From Welwitschia mirabilis (Eukaryota), in the NCBI GenBank assembly GCA_051453625.1, contig JBOZIK010000001.1:18898286-18947764 (forward strand): 49,479 nt of DNA. The letters run 5' to 3'. A model generated the notes under the pieces. That model was not told the origin of the DNA. It searched no databases and saw only the letters and a list, made by a program, of their open reading frames with translations. This document shows, in pieces, positions 12,565-26,013 of this stretch. The first letter of the stretch is position 1; each line of letters opens with the position of its first letter. The position numbers and the translations under genes are program-made.

Positions 12565-12889
12565 TCCACCCGTATTAGATCTGTTCCTTACCAAAATTAA
12601 GTTTTTTGTAACTTTTAGTCTCAAGGAGCATTTTTGTCCCTAGTCTATTAGTAGCATAATGTTTTTCTTTTTTTTTATGCTTTTACTTGTCTGTTTCTTA
12701 GTTCCCCCTTTACTAGTTAGCAGACTACCCCTTTTTCTGAACAATTTAATCTTGTTATTCCTGGGCATTTTCACCCCCTGATGTACATTTTCTAGTCTAA
12801 TATATATAATTTTAAAAAAAAATCTAATGAAAGGAAACAAGTTTTATAAATTCATAAAAGCTCTATAAATCAAAGATAAACTTAAGAGT

Positions 12890-13200
12890 TATAAAGATTT
12901 AAATAAAATAGTAAAACATTACTGTAATAATATGTTTTATACTTAAGATATGTTTCATATCTAATGCAATTTTATCCTAATGAAATAAACTTCCAATATC
13001 TTTAACATACTTTTAAACTAATAAAATAATGATAATTAGTTCAGTCAAATTACTCTTAATGTAATGACATGACTATTAATGTCTATTGTGTGAAGAGTTA
13101 TAACTTTATGTAATACATAAATTGCATCATACATCCTTTGAGATGTGATAATTCATATGTAATATGAAAAAATTATAATTCTATGTAAATTCCATTAACA
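12890..13200 (+). repeat. 3' LTR of copia element
   Basis: Follows the resumed RNase H tail, is similar to 2260-2538, and ends in ...ccattaaca (canonical CA) at 13200. Confidence 0.6.
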
Positions 13201-15600
13201 ATAAATTTTTATAAATTTATTTTATTAAAACTATGTATTTTCGAAAAGATTTTCTGCTTATTTAGCTTTTGTATAACTAGGTATTTCATTATACTTCCAA
13301 AACATATCAAAGTATTTCATCATAATTACCCATAGAAGGAAGATAGTTTGACAATTTATTACAACATTGATAGTGAATAGTCAAGGTTCATAATTGAAAA
13401 AGTTTTTTTTAGTAAATTTCTAAAATCACAAAATCTATAAAATATGATCCTCATTTAACTTAAACTAGCATATTTCCAATAATTCCTAAAGGGTTTATTA
13501 CAAAGCTATCTACTAATCAAAAATAAATGCTAATGTTAGAAAATCCTATTAATCCTAAGAATTCATAAAGATATAAAAATATGATTTTAAGACTAGCACC
13601 TAAGTTAAGTAGTGCATGTGGTACAATTTGCTTATTTATGACTACTAAAATTATAAGTAAACTAGATCCTTATGTTTAAGTGGTATCTTCTTCTCCATCA
13701 TTTTCATAATGCTTTTATTTAGATTTACTTATCAAGGGATTAATGTCTTTTCCTTCTTTAAATGTAAGTCTTTGGTATATTTGGAGTATAATAGTGTGTT
13801 CTTAAGGACTTGAAATGGAGGAATTATAATTTCTATCTTTCCAAATATTCTACTTAATTTTCATCATTAGTGAGGTCTTTATTAAACATCCTAAAAAATA
13901 GTGGTATAGATATTGGCTTGTTTGGCATGATTAAGGTTTTAGGAGTAATGAGATTTTCTAGATTTGATTGTAGTAATTCTAAGTATCATCTCATTGAGTT
14001 ATTTCTTCTAAGTGGTTTTTATTATTTGCTTCTATCAAAATATTTATTATTTTTTAGGGTCTTAAGTATTTTATGTTGTTTCTAAGTCTTTTTTACCTTT
14101 GATTAGCACTGATCATACATACTTAAAAGGTTTATTAGTAAGTATTTTCTATTTTTACAAAAATAGACTTGAATTTCTACTTTTGAATAAAATCGATCAA
14201 CATATTCTCCATGTTTCTAAATTTCTTTCTTATTAAGTTTATTTATTTTTTAACACTTTAGGTTATTATTTATTATTGATAAAATTGTTTAAATCCAAAA
14301 TTACCATCACCACCTTAATAAGGTATCAGTTAAACTAGAGGTTGATACAAATTATATTGGTATGATGATTTTTTACTAGTAAGTTAGGTACCCTTTCCAT
14401 TTTGATTTTATGTTATTAGAATATTTTTATTATGGAGGTGGAATTAGAGCTACAAAAATGATGGAAGTATTACCTTAAGATACTACTATCATTTTCTTGA
14501 CTAGGTTAGATATATATTTTCATGTTCTAAAATCTTAATCTTAATCTTTGTTTTGCTTGCCAAGAACATACAATTTAGGGTTCTTAGCTATTATTGGGTA
14601 TAGATTTATTTATTTTTGTTGGATTTGAGTTATAATAATCTATGTTTATTATTAAGGAATAGGTTATGATGGTATCGCAAACTATATAGGTGTTACAAGA
14701 GTTTATACATGTGATTTAGGAGGTACTCGAGATTATTGAATAAACATAAAACTCATTAATTTTTGCATCATTTACATCATCTTCATAATCATTGCTAATT
14801 ATTCTTAAGTAAAAGATACTGTCTTATTTATTATTATCAATTACTTTTTACTTTGATTTACTAATTCTCCTAAAATTTTAAATGATTCTTTAGGTATTTA
14901 TTTTAATATATTATTTTCTTACTATAGGTCAACATGTTGCCTCACATAGTTATTTAATTTCTAATTAAAAATATATAGCAGTTGATGAGATACAAATGCA
15001 TAATGAAAATTTCATTAATAAAGTATATAAAAATTCTCATATGTTTCCTCGTAGTGTTCTTTCTCCTTCTATTGAAAGCTCATTAGTTGTTTACATAGAC
15101 TATATAGTGTATCATAAAAAGAAACTTTCTTAAAAGGCATCTTTAAAATCCTCCTAAGATTAAATTATAATTTGTAGGATTTACAACTAGACATTTTATT
15201 TATTTTTGATGTAGTTATAAATGTAATTATTTTCATCTTATCTACTACTATTGATAATAGGATTTTTAACATGTTTTTAAACTCTACTAGATGCATCATT
15301 AGATCATTAGTTTTTATGCGATCAAACAAGTGTAATAACTATATATTTCTAACTTCTATATCTAGTCAAGATAACAAATACTAATGGTTTATCTCATATT
15401 TATCCACATTAAAATTGTATATCTTTTAGATTTTTTCTCGGTTAAGCATTTTCTAGAAGCTATAAAGCTACATTAATTTTTAAATTGAGCTTGATCTAGA
15501 GAAGTTTCTCTAACTTTTTTTTATTGCAAATAATATGGTAAAGTTGGCTATCTTAGATATGCTATTGACATTGGTGAAACATGTTATAAAGGCTTTTATT
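13201..15600 (-). pseudogene. Old Athila-type Ty3/gypsy gag-protease remnant
   Basis: Minus strand gives HALLNLGASLKI (~13590-13625, decayed DLGAS protease site) and LVDSFVINPLGIIGNMLV*VK*GSYFIDFVILE (~13420-13520). Gag-like remnants at ~15000-15560. Confidence 0.7.
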
Positions 15601-16500
15601 AAGGTATTTTAGTGGAGTTAAAGGTTGATCTTATTATAGGTGTTATATAAACATTTAATCACAACATACTGCACAGTTGACTTATAGTAAATGGAGGTGT
15701 GAAGTTAGAAAATATTAATGCTAAACCTAGATAAAAATTAATATTTAGACTTAAGGGTAGTGGAAATTTTACATTTAAGTTAAAATAGGTAAGTATAACA
15801 TTAACCAATTATAAAATTAAATATAATATTTACATTTGCTATTGTAAATCCTAATCCATGATTTTGGTGTATAATGGCTATTGTTAATTATCATAAAAAT
15901 ATTAGATACCATTATTTATCTTGTTTATATTATATTCTATATTTATTTTTTTAAATTATGATGGTTGCTAAAGTGATTTAGGAATTCTTATTGTTTTTTT
16001 CTTTAGTTGAACTAACTATATATGGCCTTAGTTTAAATTTATTTTTTTCTAATACATAGGATAACCTCTAAGGTGGATGCAAGATAGTTTGCCTAGTAGT
16101 CATAATCATACTTTAAGATTTAAAATCTTCTATTGCTCTTTAGTAATTTTATCTCTTGATTTCTTCATTCATATTTTCCTAAGAAAATATATGTTTTTCC
16201 ACTTCTTAGTTGGTCAAAAGTATCTCTATATATCTTGGGCTTGTCTAACTAGAGTAGGAATCTAAAGAATTTCTTTATATATATATATTCTCTATTTTGA
16301 TAAGAAGAGAGTTGAAAACTAGAATTAGATTCTCTTTATATCACTTATAAATTCCCACTTAGGTGGTATTCAATAGTAATACCTTCTTAAGATCATGGTT
16401 TTTAGATCTTGATTATTATTCCTTAATATTAGATAAAATAAAAGCTCTTTAAAAGCCATGTTATTATTTAATTTTATTTTATTAGACATTTATAGGCTTA

Positions 16501-17746
16501 TGTTACGATGTGAATTTGTGAAATTTTTAAGTCCTCAAGTAAAACTTGTAAATCATAATACTTATGAAAAAACATACACTAGTATACATAGGAGTTAACT
16601 TAGATGTCATAATTCATTGAAGGCACTAGGCTAGAAGTTAGAGAATTGGTTTGACAAAGTATTTTTAGGATTTTTCTTTTATAAATGAAAATAAAAAACA
16701 ATGCAAATGTAATGTAAGTTGAATAATGATGAAATGCAAATGGATGAAATGCAAGTGTAATGGACCTATTTGAATTCCAATCCTCCTGTCATAAGATTAG
16801 TCCTTAGATCAATTAGGAAGAGCTATCACTTATCCCTAGTCAACATAAGCTATAAGATATATCATCTAGAATATTAATAAATGCAAATATGAAAATGGAA
16901 TAAAATGAAATGCAATGTAAGATCTAAACTAATAATGTCAACCATAATAAAGGTTGTCGTTATGATCTAGATAAAGTATCAGGCTGTCACAGAATCATAA
17001 TCAACTTAAACCATAATAGAGATTTACATAATGGAAGTGAAAAGAGTTCTTATATTAATCATGAATTGATATTCACTTACAAATGAAGTAGCAACACCTT
17101 AATGGAGGATACTCAGGCCAACACCAAGAAAAGCTTTTTTTTGTAGCTATGAATGGATCTCATATCCTTTAATCTCCTATCACAAGATTATTGGCTATAA
17201 AAGATCAAAATGGAAGTGAGGGAAAGGGGGTAATTTATAGTTTTACATTAAAGGTCTAGAAGTAAAACCCTAGAATTTAAAAAAAAAAAAAAAAATAGTA
17301 ACCAACATGAGGAACATGATTCCATTATAAAGATAATTCATTTCCATTCATACAAAATAGTTGTCATCCTATTTGTCATTTAGATGACACTAAGGATGAT
17401 ACCCCATAATAAGAGATGAGTCATCAGCTTTTGGCTCTAAAGTCAGCCCCACAGTTTGGAGTCCATATTAGCATCTCTATCGTCTTGACTATCATCTAGA
17501 TGAAATAGGATATGATGGTCTTTTTAAGGCTTCCATTTAAGGGAAATCAATGTTCTACATCATTGATCTTTTCCTCCAAATGCTAAGTATCAGAATATGC
17601 CTAGAATTCCTTTAAATATGCTCAGAATTTCATGTTTTCATGATTATCCCCTTGACTCTTTATAATTATCAGAATTACATCTAAACTTGCATAAACGTCC
17701 TATATAAATACTTAAAATACCCTATCAAATAATTGGCATTGCAACA
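16501..17746 (-). repeat. 3' LTR of Athila-type element
   Basis: tgttacgatg...cattgcaaca; colinear with 26014-27230. Confidence 0.92.
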
Positions 17747-17765
17747 TAGCCTTGCACTTAGCCTT
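17747..17765 (-). promoter_or_regulatory. Polypurine tract (decayed)
   Basis: Reverse complement aaggctaagtgcaaggcta abuts the LTR; homologous to 47312-47330. Confidence 0.7.
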
Positions 17766-20019
17766 ATTAATTCCTAATAAAGTAAGTAATCAACTATAAA
17801 TGACAAGCCAATTTGACCAATATAAATAGTAACTAGAGAAATGTAAATTGAGCTTAGAAATATTTACCATGCATGATTAAATATTGAAATAGATTTACTA
17901 TCATAATACATCTATGGGATGCATAGTAGATCTATTATCTTGTATGTCGTTTAGACGACTCTGGGAACGACAGACTCATAAATTCAGAATAAAAGTTAGG
18001 TGCTTGTAAACATAATCATCAAAAAAATATTAGTACTAAAATCTCTGTTAGTCCTCCACTTAAAGAGTTTAATACATCACAAGATAATAATTGGATGTCA
18101 TACATAATAATTATCATAAGATATAATCATGATAATCCAAAAAATGATGATGTGCATGCATAATTAAAGTAATAATAACTCAAAATGATGTGTATAAATT
18201 AATCAATGAGTTTATAAAATAATATATAAGGGGTGAAATATAAATAATAATCATACATTAATCCCCTTATTTATGACCTTCTAAATTTCCTGAATCATAC
18301 TTACAAGAAGGTCCTATAATTATGTTACTATGACTTGCTAGATAATGTTCATGATGCAAATTATACATGTAATATGAAATCATAACTAGACCATTTCATC
18401 ACAAATATGTATTAAGAAAGATCAAAAAAATGATCATTAAAATTAAAAATTATACTCAATATATTAAAAATAGCTCAAAAAGGCATCATGTCCCCTTCCA
18501 TAAGTGAAGCAATATGTGCCCATATTGTAATAGTTCAAGAAAGACCACTGTTGTCCACCTCATCATCCAGAAGGAATATGTGGGATAACACTTAGAAAAA
18601 AGGTTTTTGAAAAAAATTATAAAGTCCATAAAAGATCAAATAATTAAGATAGCAATAGTAAAGCCTCATAAAGCCATCAAAAAGTTAGAAATATAGATAA
18701 AAGTGAAGAATCATTCTAAAAAATGTTCATGAAAAAGGAGTTGAATGTGGAAAGAAATCAAGAAGAATTGGATAAGACCATGATAATGCATCAAGTAGGA
18801 AAAAGAAATGCTTAGAAAAATCCTCAAATGTATCTAAACTCAGTAAGCATGTAGAAGTAGCAAGCCAAAACTCAAAAAAGAATGAAAATAGAAAGTATCA
18901 TCATCATCTATCAAAAAGTACGAAAAGAAGAATGACTCCTATGGATAAAAATCTTGAGTAAAATCCACAAGAAACTACTAAATGATGAGATCCAAAATAT
19001 TATGCTAAAAAAAAATAGAAATAAGTTTGAAAGCCCCAATAACACAACTAAGGAAAATAAAATAAGAATAAATAACTAAGAACATGAAGAATACTATTTA
19101 CCTACCCTAAATTCTAACTTAATAAATTTCCTTAGTAAAAATCATAAAATAACCTGATTAATAATGCATGACATTATGAAAAAACTTATAAAGTACCACT
19201 TGAATAGCAATAATTATGAGGATGTTAAGTATACCTAATGTTTTTAAATAATGAATGATAAGATTACAAGCTTCTCAGAAATGAACTTACCTACTCACAC
19301 CTCAAAACAATACAAGAATTCAAAAAAGTAGAATGACCATATAGAAGTACTATATGAAAAATAAGTCTAGAAAAAAAGCATTACCTCTGATGACACTAAG
19401 AACATCACTGATCCCATAGCCTTTAAATGAAAAATTATTTTTCCATGATGAGTGGAGTGCACCCACTATCATAGGAGTAAGGAACTACATATCGTGGCTA
19501 ACTAAACCCTCAATGGAGTCTCTATAGCTACCATATCATACTATCAAAGGCTCATCTTGAGATAATTTGCCCCAGTGTGCTTGTAGTAGGATATTAGGAT
19601 TTATTTTAAATAAAGATAACTTCTTTTATTTTCTTTTTTTTTAATTGAAGTGAAAAGATCCAACATAATAAGTACTCGCAAGGATAAGAATGAAATAATG
19701 AGATGAAAAACAAGTGAAAGCATGCCCAAACAACTAAAGACTTACACCATGGAGAGCGAATAAAAGAACCAAGGCATCTTTCTTTTAAATGAAGTTCATA
19801 GATATACAAATGTCTTAAGATTGAATGAATCCAATATTGTCACTTCTAAATGCCCAAGTAAAGGATTGCTAATCATGATAACTTCATAAAGTAATATATA
19901 AGTTAAGATAAAGATGTTCAAATAATAACATGATATCTATCGAAGGAATCGGCTAAGAAAGAATTTAGACAATGATAAGAGAAAAGTACTTCTTATCGAG
20001 AGGGGCTTCTAAGATAAGT

Positions 20020-23000
20020 ACTTATATTATTTTAAATGTTTAATCAATAGATGATTCATATATTTTCAACCCTTGTTTATTAACTTTTTAAATTTACCCA
20101 CTGTTTAGATCAAAGATCTTAATTAAGCCATTAAGATATACTTTTTTTATAAGATAAAGATCTAACCATTTAGAGATTAACTTTTTGTGTAAAAGGTGCA
20201 CTTAGCTATTATATAAAAGCACAACTTAACCTTATTTAAATTACTTATAGATTATCTTATTATCATGTTTAAAGTTGGCTTGGGCTTTATGAATGAGTTG
20301 ATAATATACACCATGAGTACACTTTTCATCTAAGTGATCAAGTTGAGCTAATTAAGTCTTAAGACTCTCATCTAAGTTTACAAGATTAAGTTGATAGATA
20401 GATTCATAGGAGTTATAGTAAAAATCAACTTGACAAGATACAAAACTTTCCATATACAAGTTCATAAGGTGAAAAACCTAGAGAGTTTTACCAAGTAGTA
20501 CTATAAGATCAAAGAAAATCATTAAGTTTAGAAGCCTAAGTTTTCATGTTTATAAAGACTAGCTTTTGGAGCATATTCTTAATTTCTCTATTAGTTTTTT
20601 TGGCTTGGGCATTGGTTTGCGGATGATAAGCACATGCCATTCTATGTTCAGTTCCAATAAATAAAAAAAGTTTTTAAAAAAGGTAATTGATAAAATGAGT
20701 TTCTTGATTACTAATGATGATTCTAGTAAAAATAAAATGTTGAAAGATATGAGTTTAGATAAAATTTCAAATAGTTTGCACATCATTATTAGTAATAAGA
20801 ATAGCTTTGACTCACTTGATAACATAATCAATGGTCATTAGCATGTAGCTTTTATCATGAGAAGGTGGTTTAATAACACTTATAAAATTAATCCCCTAAT
20901 AATAAAAAGGTTTACATTCAAGCATATGTTTAAAAGACATATCTTGAGAATGTATTAGGCTACCATAACATTGACAAGCATCACATCTTTTAGCAAAGTC
21001 AAAAGTGCCTTTGAAAAGGTTAGGCCAATAGAAACTAGAGTGAAGAATTTTCATTGAAGTCTTTTGGTCACTCAATTATCTCCCACATACCCCACCAGGG
21101 TAAAGGTTAAGGATATCTAGTTTTCCCATTCAAGCATACATTTACGCATGATTTGATCTTTTCATCTTTAGTAAAAATAAGGTTTATTTCACTCATAATC
21201 ATCAATCCTATGGGAAAAAAATATTTTTATTAGTTATGATTCCAATGCTAAGATGTTTTAATGATAACAAAGTAATTCACCATGTTAGCATATGAAGGAG
21301 TAGGATTAGTAGAGGAGATGGCATAAAGTTATTTAACAGCAAATAATTATTCAGCTAGAAAAGAATCATTTATTCATCATGAGAACAAAAGAGTCAAGAT
21401 AAGTGATCTACAGTACTATAGTGTTTTCCAGCCTTACTGATGATGGTAATATTGAATTTTTGCATGAGAAGAATCCACCTAATAAGTCTAATAATAGAAT
21501 ATTTCTTGATCATAAGATAGTGTGTAGTTGCATGATCTATGTAAAATTTAGTATGAAAACTAATAAGAGAGTATCTAAAGTGATCAAGGCAAAAGATAAT
21601 AACAAGAATTTTTTTATTAGTGGTAATGTATCTAGATTAGGCCTTAGACAAAGTTTTACTAAGATAAGATATGACTTTAAGATCATTTTCACATTTTTGA
21701 TCAAGAACCCCACTCCTAACAATATTGCTAGCATCACACATAAGTTCAAAATATTTAGTCTAATTAAGACTCTTAACAATAGGTATAGAAGAATTTTTAT
21801 CCTTAAGTGTTTTAAAAGTAAATTTACATGAGTTATTCTAATTAAATTTAGCTTCTTTTTTAAGTAACAAGTGAAGGAATTTGCAAACCTTAGCATAATA
21901 TTAAATAAAATGGTGATAGAAACTAGCATAACCAAGAAAATATCTAACTTATTTGACATTAGTTAGAGGATTAAGATTTTTAATGATATCAACTTGTGTA
22001 CGGTCCATCCTAATTCACTCATTAGAAACATTATTATCTAAAACAATCTCATTATTAACAAGAAAGAAACCCTTTTCTCACCTCAAGTGTAGGCCACTCT
22101 CTATACATCGATCCATAACTTTCTCTATTCTTTCTATGATTTATTCAAACATTTCACTAAAGATTAAGAGTAATACATAACTATTTTAATTGATTCCTCT
22201 ATCATGCTATAAATAATATCCATCATTGATCTTTGAAAAGTCCCAAGGGCATTGTAAAGTCCAAAAGGCATTTTTCTGAAGGAAAATCTTTTAAAGGGAG
22301 AGGTAAAGGTTGTTTTTACTTAGTTCTCATTAGCTATGAAAACTTGATTGTAGCCACCTATGCCCATCAAGAAAACAATAGTAAGAATTTCCTTGGATTC
22401 TATAAGTACTTGATTAAGAAAGGATAAAGAATAATAATCTTTCTTTTTAACTTCATTGAGTTTTCTAAAGTCAATGTATAATCTCCATTTTCCATCTTTT
22501 TTAGAGACTATTATCAAATGGCTAATTCACTCAGTATCAGATATAACATAGATAATTCTAGTAACCATACATTTCATAATTTTATCTTTGACTACTTACT
22601 TAAGGGCTAGGTTAAGCCTTCATTAGGATTGCCTAACTAGTTTAGCATCATGTTCAAGGTAAATTTTATGGTAAACTATGAAAGAGGGGATGGCAGCTAA
22701 GTCTTTGTGGGTCCAAGCAAAATAATTTTCCATAGAAGTCAAAAGTGAGACTAAGTTGGATTCTTGTTAAGAAGTAAGAAGGTTACTTATCACCAAAAGG
22801 TTTCTTTAGATTGTTGAATAGAAAAATGTATTTAGACCTTTAGGTGATACTTTTAGTTTTAAGTTGTAATTTTCAAGGTTTATTATTAAATTTCTATTAG
22901 TAACCATTGTTCCAAACTGTTGTCTGGATGACTGCATTAGAGGACACTCTTAAAAAAGGTTTTTCATTAAGTAAACATGTTAAACTTATTCTTAGTTTAA

Positions 23001-25280
23001 AACTTCCTTATCCTTATGCTTAGGATAGTGTATCTTAGTTGGTTTATCATACAAGATTGACTTATGTTGCATTGCTAATCTTTCCTTAATTGGATGATGT
23101 TGTAAAAGTAAAATTGATTTAAGTTCCTCTTCTAAGTTCCATTCATCTCCTATTTCTTTTATGTAGCATTAAAAACTCTAATGGTAAATGTCTTATTATC
23201 TATATGACATTCCATCATTCCAGTTTTTGTATCAATGATACAATGGACAGTTGCATAAAAGGCTCTTCTTAAGAGTAGTTGATAATCTCTATTATATTAT
23301 ACTTTAATAATAACAATATCTATGAGGTATAAGTCTTCTTTTATTTAGATAAATAACTCTTTGATGATCCCCAAGGGTTTCTTAATTGAATTATCAGCCA
23401 ATTCTAAGATGATTCATGGAGGTTCCACTTTATTTTCCAATCCAAGTCTTTTACATATGCGAAGAAGCACGATGTTTACACTTGCTCCTATGCTAATTAT
23501 GGATTTTCTAATTCTTTTATTTTATTTCAGAGGAATATTCACTATTGCTACCCTAAGGTTTTTTAATTTATAATACTTTTTCATAACTAAGTTGGAAATA
23601 GATTGAGTGAGGAAGACCTTACTAGAAATGGTACATTTTTATTTTTTTCTAACTAGGTATTTCCACAACTTAGCAGACTTAGGATTTTCTTATAAGAGTT
23701 TTTAAAAGGCAAGTTAATGTTTACCTATTACATCAAGGCTTTCAAGTATTTATCATAGGTAGGATTCATGTTTAACCTATAAAGCCAACAAGTACATGGT
23801 TTCTTTCCTTTATTTTCTTATGAATAATTTTTTGTGATAGGCTTATCATTTAAGATTGAAGGGAAGTTATATATATCTAATATTTATACATCATCTTCTT
23901 CCTCATTTTTTTTAATTATTTTTGAATGTTGAAGTTTTATGGGTAGGAGGTATTGTATCATTTTCACTTCTAGTTACTACCTTTCAATCCTTCTTGACCT
24001 TATTTGGATTTGGTAAAGGTTGAGATGCAAGTGACCCTTATGGTCTTTGATTTACTAATAATTTTTGTTGAAGGATACTAACTAGGTTTTAAATGTTGTT
24101 ATTTTGATTCTCAAGAGTTATGTTGGTTTTTTCTTGCATTTTTCTCTATTCCTCTATTATGTCTCTAAGAGGATCACTCTAATTTTATAAAAAATTTTAG
24201 GTGCTTGATTGGAAGTTAAAGTTATGTGATTTTAAGTTTTAGTTCTTACATATATTCTCAAAAGGTTTCAAATTTGATTGTTTATTCAATTTTTGCTAAA
24301 ATTATGGTTAGCTTTTAAAGTTGAAAGGCCTTTAATCATAGGCACGTACTTCCTTAAACATCCATTTTTTATAGGTTGGTAACAATGGGCATTATTTAGT
24401 TGCATGACAGTTGTCTTTACATATATTACATGTTAAAGCTATGTTTTTCTCTTTTACTACTTTTGCATAAACTATCATTTAAGTTTACTTCTTCAAGATG
24501 GTAGTGGAATCTTTAATCATATTAGTTGGATTACCTTTATCTTCCTCTTACCATGTTTTACTACCTTTAAGTCTTTTATGATTTGGCTTATAATTTGGTT
24601 TTATTTAGGAGTTGGTTTTGGCCAAGTTTGGATTATTTCAAATAAATCTTCCAACACCTTTCATGCATGATCTAAAATCAAGTTCATCAAATTTGTATCA
24701 TAAGAAAAGTCTACTAGTTGTTTAGTTTGATTATTTAATTCACTATGAAAATAATCTATCAATTCTCTTATAGGAAATTCATCAACAAGTCTGGAATGAA
24801 TAGCTGAGATAAATCACTCATATGTTGTGGCATAATCTTCTTGAGATTGTTGTTAAAAATTAGTAACTTATTGCCTTCTTCTTCTCATGGTACTTTCACT
24901 CATAAATTGTTTAATAAAACTTTCTTACACTTAATTCTATCACTTAAGACTCTTATGTGGAATGGTTTTAAGCCAAAGTTTTGCTTTTTTCTTAAGCATG
25001 ATAGAAAAGATAATCATGTAAGTATAATCATTAATAGATTTCTTCCTCTTTCCAAAGGCAAGCATAAGTTGTTCGATGTTAGCTAGATATTGAAAAGGGT
25101 CCTCTTTAGGTTCCCCTTAAAAATGTTTAGATATGCAGCTAAATTTTTTAATTCTACATCTTTGCTAGAAGATAAATCAAAAGGATTTTGTATTTCACCT
25201 TTTCTATTAGCAATTAAGTCTCTAAGAGTAGCATTTGCATTGGAAGTATAAGTTTCTAACATAATTGATGTATTATACGA
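20020..25280 (-). pseudogene. Athila-type gag-pol pseudogene (approximate ends)
   Basis: RT IVSKKDGKWRLYIDFRKLNEVKKKDYYSLSFLNQ...GYNQV (22320-22517); protease ISIGASVNI (~23470-23500); RNase H and integrase remnants at ~21900-20020; gag at ~25280-24300. Confidence 0.88.
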
Positions 25281-25992
25281 AGTGACTTATTTTTGTTTTT
25301 GTAATGATTTCAACATAGATGAAAAAGAAATGGTATGATCTACTTTTATGCTATTATTTTCATAATTTTCATTAAAAAAATTTAACTCTAAAAAATAAAA
25401 GTAGAAAAATCTTCTTATTTAATTCTTAGAATTTGTGTACCTAGGGTATGCATACCTAGATTTTGCTTAAAGTTAAGTAATCCTTCTTTGATGTTTTCTT
25501 TAATCAAGTTCACCTCTCTCTCTCTCTAATATTTTGTCTTTTTATCAAAATTCACCATGTCCCTACATACTTAGATATAAAATGTAATAGTCATCATCTA
25601 GTATATTATCTAGATGATATAGGAGATGACCAAAAGATATATGTTCTAGAAAATAGAAAAACAGAACTATGGAAAAGAAAATAGAAACTAAAGCAAAACT
25701 ATTGCTATTCATCTACTGAGTGATTTGGATAATAGAGTGGATGATGTACTCTTTATTATGCTATCAAAAATTCAAAAAAAATTTATTACCAGAATTAGGA
25801 AAAAACATGAAATGCACACCATTTTCTGCTTAGTCATGGGGACAACAGAGCTAATGCTATTGAAATGAAAAATTACAAAAATAAACGTATAGAAACTAGA
25901 ATAAAAATATAGTACTATTTCAAATAAATAACTTAAACTAAAGTCTAAGATACTTCTTTGGATAGTGACAACCCTCTAGATCCTTGTGGCCT

Positions 25993-26010
25993 TCCTTGGT
26001 GATGATGTCA
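25993..26010 (-). promoter_or_regulatory. Primer-binding site (tRNA-Asp type, decayed)
   Basis: Reverse complement tgacatcatcaccaagga lies 3 nt from the LTR and differs from an Athila-type tggcgccgtcgccgggga only by G>A/C>T transitions. Confidence 0.75.
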
Positions 26011-26013
26011 AAA

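Larger units (their letters stand above)
6736..12822 (+). mobile_element. Apparently full-length L1-clade LINE with three ORFs
   Basis: 5'UTR, ORF1, ORF2 (endonuclease + RT), extra ORF3, T-rich 3'UTR and A9 tail at 12814-12822. Candidate TSD aaaaagctaataa (6723-6735) versus aaaaatctaatga (12818-12830), 11/13 match. Confidence 0.88.
2260..13200 (+). mobile_element. Degenerate Ty1/copia LTR retrotransposon, interrupted by a LINE
   Basis: Domain order gag-PR-INT-RT-RH. Two diverged ~300 bp direct repeats flank it. The RNase H tail rejoins across the LINE as DGLKKL|MKGNKFYKFIKAL. Confidence 0.8.

Noticed and set aside
21403-22427. Plus-strand ORFs of 64-142 aa, and similar short ORFs elsewhere (1257, 11314, 13870, 16077, 19606, 32281, 42448)
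   Set aside because: They are antisense or off-frame shadows of retroelement sequence, or chance ORFs in AT-rich DNA with no recognisable motifs.
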